Made by a program: the position numbers and the translations under genes. Below, piece by piece: positions 37,268-49,100 of a stretch of DNA of 64,000 nt; positions within the stretch are counted from its first letter, which is position 1, and the number at the start of each line of letters is the position of its first letter. This stretch comes from Schmidtea polychroa (taxonomy: Eukaryota). The notes under the pieces were generated by a model. That model saw only the letters and a program-made list of their open reading frames with translations. It searched no databases and was not told the origin of the DNA. The DNA lies in NCBI GenBank assembly GCA_044892525.1, contig CM097885.1, forward strand, positions 80,104,001-80,168,000. Reading direction: 5' to 3'.

Positions 37268-39719
37268 TTTGAGTGACTGCGGAGAAAAATAAAAAAAAAT
37301 GAAAATAATTAGATCAACGGGAGTGTCACCATCTGACTACATTCATACTTTACTGATCATAGACAAAAATATGGGTTTACCAGTCAAGACAAGTCCTACT
37401 ACGCGATGGATTCTCGTACCCTTTCGGGGCTTTAATTATAAGAAGTTAAATCGATCAAACCAGATTTCGCACAAGGAAAAAGGAAGATATTACTATTTGT
37501 GAGAGGAATTCTAGGTCTATGAAAATGATTATTTATTTACTCCGCTTGGGGTCATTATTTCACGTTTACCGAGAATCGATTTAAATTGTCGACTTCTCCC
37601 CCCGTACGAGTGTTTTTAATGAGTGCATCATGTACTGGGGTCGAGTGACTATCTATGGAAAAGGGGTCCATAATGCCTGTTGATTAGTTCCTACAGGATA
37701 AACGGAAGGTTATTTAAATTTTTAATTGTCTATTCATTCTCTTTAATTACTCACATATGCGTTTTACCTGGTTTACATAATATTTATTTAACAATATTCG
37801 ATATTAATATTAATGATAACTATGTCAAAAAATGAAATAATTTCGGTGCCATTCATGCTAAGATAATAAAGGGAGAATAATCATAATTATGATCGAGGTT
37901 ATCATTAAAATTAGTGTCTTTATAACAACTGAGCACGGTATCAGTGTGAGCTAGTAGCCGACCATACCTGCTGGGTAGATAAGGTAATGTCAGCCCAGTG
38001 ATTGACTCTTAATCCGGAGCGGTAAAATCTGATACCTGTCGGTAGTTTAATTGGTTAATAGAAATTCCATCTGGTATGTTCGGTCTGATTTTACATGAGT
38101 AGAGACGGTGTGACTTTACCCACTACGCTTGGCTACTGTGTATGTCGGCAACTGGGTGACGCATGCAAGGTGCGTTTTCACACTCTTGATTATACCGATC
38201 GCTGGTAATGTAGGTCTTAAATGTTTGTATGCTGACATGTTCTCAGATTTTTATCTACTGCGTAATCACTCACAATTCTCCTGCGTATGGTGATGATTTA
38301 CTAATCCTCACCGGATTATTGGAAAAATTATAATTATCTATATTGCAAATGTTGGATACAGCTTGCTCCAAGGGTGGATTTTTCGTCTTTAATTCCTCGA
38401 ACATAGTTTATCGAGCTACTCTCTAAGTGCTGGAGGATTTCTACCTATCCCTACTGGATTGCCAGCCCTATGAAATACTGGAATTTTATATTTAATTAAC
38501 AAGATCATCGGTTAACTTGAAGAAATATATTTTTCTTGGCTCGAATTAGTTGCATTTTTCATTTTTAAATTATTTGATGCTAATAGTTCGTGTAATTATG
38601 ATAATTAATTATAGGTAAATCCTTTTATATAGAATTCTAAAAATTTATTATAGCAAATCATTTTATATAATTTAAACTCTTATTTGGAACGAACTCGTTT
38701 TATGCAATTCTAATAATTATCTGAAATAAATCATTTTACGTGGTTCTACAATCTATTCGTAAACAGTCATTTTAAGTAATCTTAATACTTATCTGAAGCA
38801 ATCTACTTTGAACTCCCTTGCAACTATGTCTTTAAGAGAACTTTTAGATGAACGGAATAATAGTTCTAAAGGTCATAGGCTAAAAATTGGTCGGAACAGA
38901 TTCTGAGTGAAAAGTATGAACATCGAAGATCTATCACATATAGCCCCACTAATGTCTGAACGATTATTTGACGCACAACTTACATCGATGATAGAGAAAA
39001 TTTGGCTTAGTAGAAACGATATTTGAAGACGATAGGGTGACACCCTCAATCACTGCGCGAATACCTAAGAATCCTCCGATTCATTTATTACATATCTTTG
39101 TTTTCAATCACTATATGACTATCAATTTTCTGCCACAATTTGCCTATAGATTTTGGTCGCACCTTCAGCGATTGGACCCGTGAAGAAGCCCTCACATTTC
39201 GGCCCAATCTAGCTGCGTGATTGAAATGAAATACCCTATGTCCACCGGTGGAGCTCCCGGAGGCACCTCACACCATGACATAGAGTATCTCAACGCCACG
39301 TTCCTCAAAAATTTAATTAACATAATAATAATTCGTAAAAATAATTCATCAAAGAAAAATCAATAATTCCTAGAAAGTAAATCATTTATTATTAAATAAC
39401 CAGATCATTAAATCAAATAACATGCTTGAAATCAAACGAAAAGAAAAGGTAAAATCTTTAAATTTAAATTATAATTAGATTATACCATTACTTATAAATT
39501 CAAAATAAGAAATCCAAAAATCCTTACCGAGTGTTTCAAATAGGCTGAGTCGAAACGTACTAAGTGGAATTGGTTAATACTAGAATCGATTATAGATTTA
39601 GATGAGGTTTCTTGAATCTTGGAATAGTCCTTGTGATGATCCTGTAAGTCAGTGTCTGTTGCTGTGAATCGCTAGTTCTATAGTAGTTGTTGGATTAACG
39701 GTAATGTTAATGAAAATAC

Positions 39720-39807
39720 ACTTACCTATAGCAGTTGTTGGATTAACGGTAATTATAATGATTTTAATGTCTGCTTATATATTAGTTTTCTATTTACGCG
39801 GACCAAT
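39720..39807 (-). promoter_or_regulatory. Putative LTR promoter and first splice donor
   Basis: rc TATATAAG at 39774-39781, CCAAT at 39803-39807, and rc AG|GTAAGT at 39720-39725. Confidence 0.45.
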
Positions 39808-40460
39808 CAGAATTGAATACCGCCTTATTTTATTAATTTAATTTATTTTCCTTGTTTTTGGGTTATTTCTTCCTATTTTCTTTATTAAAATTATGTTTTA
39901 TTTATTTTCCTTAATTTCCTTATTATCTAATATATTTTACGTTATTTTTCGTCATTCTATTGTCCTATTTTAATTTTTCTTATTTTTATATTTTTTTGTT
40001 TTAATTCCTATTTTCTAATTATTGTTTTTCTTATGTTCTATTCTATTTTGTTCGTAAATTTGTTTATTTTATTTCTTTATTTTACTTTAGTACATTTGAC
40101 CTAATCTCCCAGCTACCCTTCGGCTCAGCCCAACAAATCACTCGGGGACCCATCAAAATTGCGTCCCGCAATTGCATAGTTATCTTACTTCATGCATTCC
40201 TAAAAAGGATATATCGAAACAATTATACTACAATAACAAGAAAAATTTTTTATTCTAAGATATAGGTCAAATCAAGATCAAGCAAGTATCACTTAAGGTG
40301 ATAGTTTGTATATACAATAAAAGTTTCCACATATGATAACACAAATGTTTGAGTTAGAGTTTATGAACTGTTAACCATTTGATGCTTCTGCTGGCGGTTG
40401 TTGGTTGGTTTGGGTATTGATGTTGAGCTAGGTCTGACTGTTAGAATTTGGCTGGATTGG

Positions 40461-41030
40461 TTAGTTACTCGGGATTCGAGGTCGGAATGGGGTTGGGTTA
40501 AGATTTGTCAGTGGCACTTCTTGAGGATTTCTGTTCGAGGTTACTCTTATTGATGTCGAGATTCTACATCTATTTCTAACTTCGTAAATTTTCATGAGTA
40601 TTGGTAGACATAGGAGGAGGGTCTCTGCGATCACCACATATATGAGATAATGGGTGTCATTGATTTCGGGAGGTGTTTTTGGCTTTTCTACAAGATTTTC
40701 AAAATTCTCTTGTTGCATTTGTTGTTCCAACTGGTCGAATTGTTGGATTTGTTCGAGGATTTGTTTGTTTATCATTTTACAAATGGGATTCTTTTTACAC
40801 ATTGTTTGGATGTTGTTGATGTGTGATCGGGTTGATTGAATGGTTTGGATGATATGGGTTTTTACTGTCATAGGGTATGTGCATTGGCCGGATTCTTGTT
40901 TAGGTTCTTGATTTTGATTTCGGTAATCTCGTACGATTTTCGGTTGGGTGCTTACTTGTTTGCTCTCCATCAGAATCATCAATACCGTCATTGTTATCAT
41001 CATCTCGCCTCTCATGATACTATTATACAT
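40461..41030 (-). CDS. Accessory putative type I membrane protein, 189 aa
   Basis: N-terminal hydrophobic MMITMTVLMILM, three Cys, Q-rich helix, TM-like YLIYVVIAETLLLCLPILM. Confidence 0.6.
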   Translation of the reverse strand: MYNSIMRGEMMITMTVLMILMESKQVSTQPKIVRDYRNQNQEPKQESGQCTYPMTVKTHIIQTIQSTRSHINNIQTMCKKNPICKMINKQILEQIQQFDQLEQQMQQENFENLVEKPKTPPEINDTHYLIYVVIAETLLLCLPILMKIYEVRNRCRISTSIRVTSNRNPQEVPLTNLNPTPFRPRIPSN

Positions 41031-41071
41031 TCATTATGGTTTATTTACAATTGGTTTTAGTGACCCTTAAT

Positions 41072-41836
41072 TTAATGATTCTGATTTGGGTTATTTTCGG
41101 CGATTCTCATCAGGGTGGATTCCGCTTTAATGACTCTGTGTCTTAACTCGGGCAGCATTTCCAACTGTCTGTTTTTTTTACGGGCCTCCCTTTTCATGTG
41201 CCTTATCTCCTTTTTCAGTCTTCTAATTTCTTCCCGTTTTTTGTCGAGATTCCTTTTTAGTTCGATTTGTAGGAAATCTTGTTCGTTTTCCTGCGAAGGG
41301 TTTCGTTGTTGTTGTTGTTGTTGTTGTTTTCTCTCGATCTCTTGGTATTTGCGAATCCATTTCTTCATTTCCTCACTTTCTCGTTGTTTTTCCTCCAATT
41401 GTTGATTTAATTTATTTATAGTTATTTTGCGTTCTTTCGCCTCTGTTTTCCAATAATCCTGGATTACTTCCTCTGCTTTGAAGCTTGCCCTCTCTTGCCA
41501 TAGTTCTTCTGCAATCTTTTCCCAGTTTCTTCCTCGTTTTCTCTGTTCGTGAAGTCGTTCATTTTCTTCTTCTGCTTCTCTTTTTACTTCCCCTAGTACT
41601 CTGCATTCTTTCTTTAATATCTTTATTATTTTCCGATCTTCTATATACTTGTTTACCAGTCTCTCGTTTTCACACTTCTCCTCCCGTAACTCGGCCTTTA
41701 ACGTTTGTGTTTCTGTTGTTTCTGCTACAATTTCTCCTTCTTCCACGTCACTCGTGATTTCTATCATTTCCTCGATTTTCATATCTATAATATGTACAGT
41801 TAATGGTGCGCTATAGTGCGACTTATACGTATACAT
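41072..41836 (-). CDS. Accessory coiled-coil protein, 254 aa, with polyQ
   Basis: Long E/K/R heptad-rich ORF in element sense. Confidence 0.65.
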   Translation of the reverse strand: MYTYKSHYSAPLTVHIIDMKIEEMIEITSDVEEGEIVAETTETQTLKAELREEKCENERLVNKYIEDRKIIKILKKECRVLGEVKREAEEENERLHEQRKRGRNWEKIAEELWQERASFKAEEVIQDYWKTEAKERKITINKLNQQLEEKQRESEEMKKWIRKYQEIERKQQQQQQQRNPSQENEQDFLQIELKRNLDKKREEIRRLKKEIRHMKREARKKNRQLEMLPELRHRVIKAESTLMRIAENNPNQNH

Positions 41837-41949
41837 TTATATAAAATTTAATAGTTCGGGTTACAGTCCCTTGAATACTTTTACGATACTTTAATTTTTT
41901 TGTTTGGGATATACGTCCCGATTTTTTGTTTTTATCTTTTTATTCACCC

Positions 41950-42588
41950 TTATACGAAGGTTTCCTCCTGTCCCACATAACCTTCATCACTATCGACCGC
42001 TGGATGCAACTGTATCGCAATAGGGTCATAGGGTAGGTAATATTGGGGGATTTGAGCTCTCAATTCATTAACTTCGTCTCTTAGAGCTCGAGTGATATTC
42101 AGCTCTTCGTCGAGCAGATAAGTGAGATACCTTGTTTCTTCGTCTTTCGCCTCTACTTGTCTATCTAAGGCCTTGATTTTCTCGTCGCCCTTCCATTTTT
42201 CAATTTCTATTTCCAAGTTTTTGATATTTTCGGTATACATTTTCCTCTCGTTTTCTAACTTTCTGTTTTTTCCCGCTAGGACCATGTTTCTTTGTTCTAA
42301 CGATCCTTGTAATCCATTAAGGTCTCTTTTCATCTCTTCGACCTGATTTACTAATTCCACAACCCGTCCTGCTTGCTGGGTTATCATCTCTTCCATTGCG
42401 GCATTCTCGTGCTCTCTTATGTCGCATTTTATTGCCAAATGTCGCTCAAACTCCATAGCCTTCATCTGCCATGTTTGGCTTCGGGCGGCGACCTTTTTCA
42501 ACCGTTTCAGTTCTTCCTTTATTATTAAATTTTCCTCCCATTTGCCCTGTTCGCTCTCATATCCGAGTCTCATGGGCAATTCTTTCAT
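41950..42588 (-). CDS. Accessory coiled-coil protein, 212 aa
   Basis: Heptad-rich ORF whose ATG overlaps the upstream stop (ATGA at 42585-42588). Confidence 0.65.
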   Translation of the reverse strand: MKELPMRLGYESEQGKWEENLIIKEELKRLKKVAARSQTWQMKAMEFERHLAIKCDIREHENAAMEEMITQQAGRVVELVNQVEEMKRDLNGLQGSLEQRNMVLAGKNRKLENERKMYTENIKNLEIEIEKWKGDEKIKALDRQVEAKDEETRYLTYLLDEELNITRALRDEVNELRAQIPQYYLPYDPIAIQLHPAVDSDEGYVGQEETFV

Positions 42589-43004
42589 CTCTTTTTCATT
42601 TCACTGTTTTGTCTTTTCCATTTTCTCGCTTCTGCTACTAAGTGCATCATTTTCCTTCCTTCTATTTGCTTTTCCGCTTCGCGCTTGGTGTTCTCATCGG
42701 TAAGTCTCTTTCTCGCTTCCTGCACTAGCTGCTTTAAGTAGTGGCTGTGCGCTTCTTGGCGGGTATTTTCTAGTGACGCCCATTTTGATGCTCTTTTGCA
42801 TGCTTCTGCTTCCGCTCTTAAGTTGTGTATTAACCATTGGTATTTACTATTCTCATCCTCTCTAGCTTCTTCGATGTGATTTCGGGTGAGATTAGTTAGT
42901 TGGAACATTACTTTGTTCCATTTTTTGTTATGTTCTCGGGGAATTTGTGTCTTGTTGACATTGGTTGGGGCTATCGCAGTTTCGGTTATTTTCTCTTGTG
43001 CCAT
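42585..43004 (-). CDS. Accessory helical protein, 139 aa
   Basis: Sense ORF with acceptor-like TTTAG 4 nt before the ATG; a homologous decayed sequence occurs in copy D near 200-300. Confidence 0.6.
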   Translation of the reverse strand: MAQEKITETAIAPTNVNKTQIPREHNKKWNKVMFQLTNLTRNHIEEAREDENSKYQWLIHNLRAEAEACKRASKWASLENTRQEAHSHYLKQLVQEARKRLTDENTKREAEKQIEGRKMMHLVAEARKWKRQNSEMKKR

Positions 43005-43197
43005 CTTCTAAATCATAGACATCGATTAATCTTTTTATTATGAAAAAGGAATTTATTCATTATTTACTGTTTCTTTGGAAATTTTCGTATCATTTTTGGG
43101 TTTTCGTATTTAGGGTTTTTCATACTTATTATATAATATTTTATTGGTTATATACACCGATATTTATAGATTATTATATACAACATTATTCGATTGG

Positions 43198-44586
43198 TTA
43201 CTCCGTTCTACCCTTCTCCTCTTTCCTCACGGTCATCTTGATATATACTGTGTCATTCCTTGCCATATCTTCTACTTTTTGTTGCCGGATGAACGTAGGT
43301 GCTCCTGTTGCTGATCCTTCTTCTTCCGTAGGTCTCTGGTAACACATTTGGTTTCCCGTTGTCTTGAAGCTTTGCTCGTGGATGCTTTGGTCATTCATTA
43401 GTGCAATATCAATTTTTGCCTGGAACGGCCACTCTATTATTTCGTCATACTCCCCTTTGCATAACAGAAAGAAGATCGAAAAATGTGTATCTAATCCGGT
43501 TCCGTCCCCGTTGGGATATATCTTCATTTTCATTTTGTACCCATTTTTCCAAGAATGGAATGCAGGACTTGTTATTCTTGTCTCTTCTCCGGTTTTTGCT
43601 TTTCGTATTCTTTCTTTTACTCCCGTTATTTTCCATATGTAGGGTGCTGTTGGGGTTATCTCATTTAGATTTATTTCCCGTATTTTCTGATGTAGCTCCT
43701 TGACCTGATTATTACTGATTTCTATTCGGTTTATTTGCATCTTTATGTTTGCTCGGGCTTCTTCGAACGCTTCCCTTTCTTCTAGTAGTTCTTTGACTAA
43801 CACTTTCCACGATGTTATCTCTATCTCCATTTGTTTTACTTTCTCTTCGCTTTCTTGTAACGCAGTCGACCACATTTCTGCGTGGGTTGAAGCATTTTCC
43901 ACTAAATGGTGCGGTAATTCTCCTCGGTGTAGTAGTTTCTGACAGCCCCATTTACCTAGTACACATGTCATTCTTTTCTTTTCACATTCCTTTAGGTGCT
44001 GTGCCACCTTTATTATTTCCCCTTGGTTACATCCGTTTGGGCACTCCCCACTGAACTCTGCACATACCTTTTCCTCTTGGACATTGTGATGTTTGAGGGT
44101 GAGATTTTTCCACGTATCTATTTCTCCACAATGTTCACATCTTTCCAATCTCTCTTCACACTGCCTTTGATGCTCTTTTTCTTCGCTTACTCGAATGGTT
44201 TTATGGCACCTTTCACACTGGCCGATTCTGTACATACATTCTCCCATATGTTGCACTACTTTCCATATTACTCCTTTCCATTCGCATGGGGCATTTTTAC
44301 ATCCCAGATTGGTGTTTAACATGTCTTTCACTGCGGCTTTATCCTCGTTAGTGTCTTCTAAACTCGATATTCGTGTTTCTTTACACACCGGGCACCACTG
44401 TGGTCTATTCTTTATTGCTTCACTGATGCATTCCTTACACAATCTGCATCCACATTGGGTTTGGTGGGGTTCCTTTAGCAACTTTTCACATATTCCGCAC
44501 ATAACATGTTTGTGTATTCTGATCGTTGTAGATTTTCTGACTTGTTCGACAATCTCCCCGAACTCTTCTCTTTGTCGTTTATCCAT
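43198..44586 (-). CDS. Full-length TRAF-family E3 ligase/adaptor (RING - TRAF zinc fingers - coiled coil - MATH), 462 aa
   Basis: RING CGICEKLLKEPHQTQCGCRLCKEC..CPVC; zf-TRAF repeats; MATH YIWKI..SPAF..GYKMKMKIYPNGDGTG..HFSIFFLLCKGEYDEIIEWPF. Confidence 0.95.
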   Translation of the reverse strand: MDKRQREEFGEIVEQVRKSTTIRIHKHVMCGICEKLLKEPHQTQCGCRLCKECISEAIKNRPQWCPVCKETRISSLEDTNEDKAAVKDMLNTNLGCKNAPCEWKGVIWKVVQHMGECMYRIGQCERCHKTIRVSEEKEHQRQCEERLERCEHCGEIDTWKNLTLKHHNVQEEKVCAEFSGECPNGCNQGEIIKVAQHLKECEKKRMTCVLGKWGCQKLLHRGELPHHLVENASTHAEMWSTALQESEEKVKQMEIEITSWKVLVKELLEEREAFEEARANIKMQINRIEISNNQVKELHQKIREINLNEITPTAPYIWKITGVKERIRKAKTGEETRITSPAFHSWKNGYKMKMKIYPNGDGTGLDTHFSIFFLLCKGEYDEIIEWPFQAKIDIALMNDQSIHEQSFKTTGNQMCYQRPTEEEGSATGAPTFIRQQKVEDMARNDTVYIKMTVRKEEKGRTE

Positions 44587-44671
44587 TCTATAATTATATA
44601 TACATATAGTTCTTATCGATACAGGTTCGATATTTTATTTACAATTATTTACATTTTAAGCTAGGTTTGGT

Positions 44672-45031
44672 TTATGGTTCGGAAGAGTCGGCTTCGTGTC
44701 CGCTCTCCTCCCTATTCATTAGCCATTCTGACCAGTCTTCTATTTCTGTCTGTTCTGCTTCCTCCATCATTCTGTCTATTTCAATTTCCTGTCGACGGCT
44801 ATATTGGGTTATCCTCTCTATCTCTCTTTGCATTTGTTCGATTTTTAACCTCTGGTCTTCAATTATCTTCAAATAACTAAATCCTCTGTTCATACTCTCG
44901 ATTAGGTTTCTGTGCATCGTCAATCCTTGTTCTTGCAAATTGGACACTAATTGTGCTAATACGGCACATTGTTGCTTCCATAATTCTTCAGTTACTGTAT
45001 TGTAGTTCATTTCGTTATTTCCTTGATCCAT
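44672..45031 (-). CDS. Accessory small helical/acidic protein (about 119 aa from first ATG)
   Basis: Sense ORF between the polyprotein stop and TRAF; the ORF-track start at 45055 is TTG. Confidence 0.55.
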   Translation of the reverse strand: MDQGNNEMNYNTVTEELWKQQCAVLAQLVSNLQEQGLTMHRNLIESMNRGFSYLKIIEDQRLKIEQMQREIERITQYSRRQEIEIDRMMEEAEQTEIEDWSEWLMNREESGHEADSSEP

Positions 45032-45191
45032 TCTTAATTTATATACACTTTTCAACTCTTATTTAAATTAAATTTTATTTTATGATTCCCGTTATTGTAT
45101 AATATTGATACCGCGCTTGTATAAAGATATAGTACTGTTATATACATAAGATATACTTACTTTTTACAATTATATACAGTCATATTCCTTT

Positions 45192-46194
45192 CTATATACG
45201 TGAGTTTGGAGGGCGCTGTGCGTTCCAGGCCTCCACCCACTGCTCTGGTTTGATATCACTTGGTCGTTTCACTCGATGTTGGAAATTTCTGATTCGGGTC
45301 ATTTCTAGTTCTCCGCGATGTCGTTTATCTTTAATTATTTTTATTGTTCCCCCCATTATGATTAGGAATGCCCCTGTTATTATTATCCCACTGATCCACA
45401 TCATCTGCTTCACGCTTATACTCTCTGGTTTTTCCTTGTTTGTTAATGTTGATATTGCTTCTGTACTTTTCTCGTTCCCTCTTTTGCCATTCCCTTTCAT
45501 CATCTCTCGTATTCTTGCTATTTCCTCGTTCATACCCTCCTTTGCCATCTTTTGTATTTTTTCCATCTCTTCCTCCGAAACATAGTTGTCCTGAGCTTCT
45601 TCGCCGGTTTTCTTGTGCTTTCCTCCTTCGTCCTTTTCGTCGTGGTTTTTTCTTTTCTTTCCTCTTTTCCCCGGGTATCGTCGGCATTCTCTTTTTGATT
45701 CGTTCCTCCAGATACAAACCGTGTATTCCTTCGGGGGCTGCTGCTGCGTCACATATTGATGGCATCTCTCACCTGGTCCTAATCTTGAAATACAGACTTT
45801 GTGCTCTTTTCTTGGTTGGAGCTGCGTTATTACTACTTCACCACCTTTTCCTAGGTGTACCTCTTTTCCTTTAACGTTCGTTATTCTCTTCCCGTCTCGA
45901 TTTCGGTATGCTTCTTGTATTCTTACTTCTGTTATTGGTTCTGTGTCCTCATTTATCAGTACTAGTTTCTGATACGCTCTAGACATGCATCTTCCTAGTA
46001 TGCACCTTTCCTTTAAGTCCCATTCTTCCTTTAAATCCCACTGCTGCTCTTGTGCTTGCTTTTTCTTTTCTTGTTTTAGTTCCTCCATTTTGCCATCTTG
46101 ATTCTCCGCTTCTTTGGTTTCTTTTATCGTTCTCGTCCCTCCATGAGCTGTTACTAACTCTATCATGGTAAGCATAATTATCATTAATATCATA
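45192..46194 (-). other. Polyprotein domain: C-terminal type I membrane protein
   Basis: Signal-like MILMIIMLTMIELVTAHG (46141-46194); two Cys-pair repeats P.KE..VCI.R....C..Y; TM MMWISGIIITGAFLIIMGG (about 45345-45405). Confidence 0.7.
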
Positions 46195-49100
46195 TTTGTC
46201 TCTATTTCTTTGTTAGTGAAAGGTAGGCATACCCTCTGTTTTCCATTATTCGGTTTTTCCTCCTCTTTGGTCTTGGTTCCCGGGCTGTTTCCCTCTCTTT
46301 TCGTATCCGAATCCTTGTTTTTCGGTTTATCCTCTTCCGGTTCTCTTTTCTCTTTATCCTCCTTTCGGCCTTTTCCGTCATTGTCATCGTGTTTATCTCC
46401 CCCGCTGTCGTTTAAAATGTCGTCCTCGACATTTATATCGTTCAATAATCTGCGATATGCTGTTAGCACTCTGTTTCTTGCTAATTTTGCTTCGAATTCA
46501 AACTCTTTTCTGCCCGTTGCAGCGTGTCTCTTTCTATTCCATTCTTTGACTAATTCTCTTAATTGAATGCGACGATGTTTCCCAATTCTTTGTTGCTCGC
46601 TCTGATTTTGCGTGAATTTGAGGTCTTCTCTGTTTAGTACTATTAAAATAATTTTTGGTGTCCCCCCTTTAGTTAATGTATTTTTTACCATCGCGTTTTC
46701 TCCGTTTTCGTAGAATTCGTTTATATTTATCGCATATTTATTACTTTGTGGTACTCTCCATGTTAATAATAATTTCATTGCTTCCAGATTTTTCCGTACC
46801 GTATTCCATTGAAACTGAGCTGTGTTTTTGCATATATTTTCAACTTCTTCTTTTGTCGCATTTTTGCAAATAAATCTGATCATTTCTAAGTTTGGCTGTA
46901 TGGTTGCCCAGTCCATTGTGGAGTTCCCTTCGTTTGACTTTTCGTCTAGTCTCGATCCTGATTGATGTAGTATGTGGAGTGTTTTTGGGTGTATTTTTGT
47001 TATAGCTGCATACATCATGGCGGTTTCGCCTTGTTCATTTTTCGTGTTGGTTTCCTCGCCCATATCCCCAAGGATTCTCATGATCGTTATTGCTCTATTT
47101 TCTTTTGCTGCTAGTATTGCTTGTTGTAGGGGTGTTCTGGAATCCTTCGTTACCATCGTAAATGCTCTAGGTAAAAAGGTTTTGATTTTCCCGATATCTA
47201 AACCCGTGGTTTGATCTCTTGCGTATGTGTGGACGGCTTTTATTATTTTTGACAATATTATTTCGTCTGACAACTCTAGCATTTCCTCAAAGAATACTTC
47301 TTTCGCTTTGCGTATTATTGCCTCTTGATCTATACTCATTGATTTGGTTTCGATGACGTTGTTTGTGACCGTTTGGTTCGTTGTCGACTTTGGTTCCCTT
47401 GATTTCCCATACCTTATTTTCGTTTTCTTTCCGTTTGGATTATTGATTCGTTCCTCTGCTGTAAGTATTTGGATAATATCCAGGTAATTCTCGCGGATGG
47501 TATTCATTGTGTCCATCATATATAACACACTCACCGTTTCCCAATATTTATTTCGTACTTGGTTAGTAAATTGGAATAGTGATTTTTCGAATGTGTCGAT
47601 TCGCTTTTTTGCTAACTGTTCATCTTTATGATTTGTGAATTTTATCCCTCGTTCTAGTAATTGATTCGGGATTTCGAATAAATGATGTCCTTTCATGGCT
47701 TCTCTCATCAGCGTGTTCTCTCCTCTCGTGAACGCTTCGTTTACGTTGATCATATAATCATTTTTAAATGGATTTCTCCATGTAATTAATATTCCGGTAA
47801 TTGTTGTCAGTTTTTCTTTGATCGCTGTTAATAATCCATCATACATGTTTCCGACTTCTCGATTGTCCTCATATGATAATAGTTCCATCAACGACGTGAA
47901 CGCCTCGGTACTTTTCCCTTCGATAGCATGATGTAGTGCGTTTTTCTGCTCGTGGTCTTGTGTAGTTATTTTTGATCCCGTGTCAAGTAATGCGGTTATA
48001 ATGTCTTTTGTTTTGCCTCTGTTTACTGCTATCATTAATGGTGTGTAACCTTGGTTGTTTTCTTGTTCTGTTGATCGCTTGCAGTCGTGAAATGCTTCTA
48101 TTGTTTCTAGTATTTGCTCGTTGTTACCTACTTTCATGAGTTTGTGTAATGGTGTGTCTCCGTAATGATCTGTTATTGTAAATAATATTGGCCATTGGCT
48201 TTTGACTACTCGCAATAATGGGTGTGTCCTTTCTCTATTTGCATAGTTTTCGATCATCGTCAATAATCCTCCTAATATTTCGAAATCTAATCGATCTTTT
48301 GCCCATCCAGGTATTTTAATTTTTACCTCTTTTACAATCTTTTCCGCTTCTGATGGTTGGATACCCAATCGTCCCGTCGTGGGTTCGGCGAGTTGTTGCA
48401 TCATGTTCATTCTGTAGGTTTGCGAACGTGTGGTTAATGTACGGCCTTCTGGTTGACTGGTGGCTGTTTTTGGAATTGATTTGCATCGTGCCACGTTTAC
48501 GTATATTGGCCTGGTAAATGGATTATTTACCAATTTCACTCTTACATTGGTTTCGCCTACGAATAAGATCTCATATGGTCCTTTTCCGTTCCGTTGTAGC
48601 TTTTTTGTGGTTCCTGGAATCAGTTCTGGGGTCTCGATCATCACCCAATCACCTGTTTGGAAAGTGTGTTGCTTCACGTTTTTCTTTCGATCGTGTAAAT
48701 CTTTATAACTTTCCTGGTAGAACTTGATATTTAACCCCGCGGTTTCCCAAATTTCCTGCATTCTCTCTTTGAATTTCGTAACATAATCGTCTATCTCCAT
48801 GTATTGCGATATTGGTGGTTGGTATTCCAGGTCCATTGGCATGTTGCATTCTCTCCCGTACATTAATTTAAATGGGCTCATTTTTGTTGACGCATGAATT
48901 GACATTCTATAAGCCATAAGACATAGATTTATGTATTCATCCCAATCTCGCTGGTGACGATCGACGTAATTCGATAGCATTTGGATAAGTGTTCCGTTGA
49001 ATCTTTCCGTCATCCCGTTGGTTTGAGGATGATATGGAGATGTTCTTAGTTTTGCGATTTTGAAATAGTTTGTCACTTCGCTCATTATCTCGCTCATGAA

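Larger units (their letters stand above)
35957..40135 (-). repeat. 3' LTR of B (about 4.2 kb; inner boundary tentative)
   Basis: 35957-37674 matches 62283-64000. The inner end is placed at ...AGCCCAACA (40135), which gives a minus-strand start TGTTGGGCTGAG similar to the A LTR start. It cannot be confirmed in-window. Confidence 0.75.

Noticed and set aside
36226-37502. Small LTR ORFs of 64, 71 and 67 aa in B
   Set aside because: Short with no domain features, and they overlap the 249-aa ORF antisense or putative introns.
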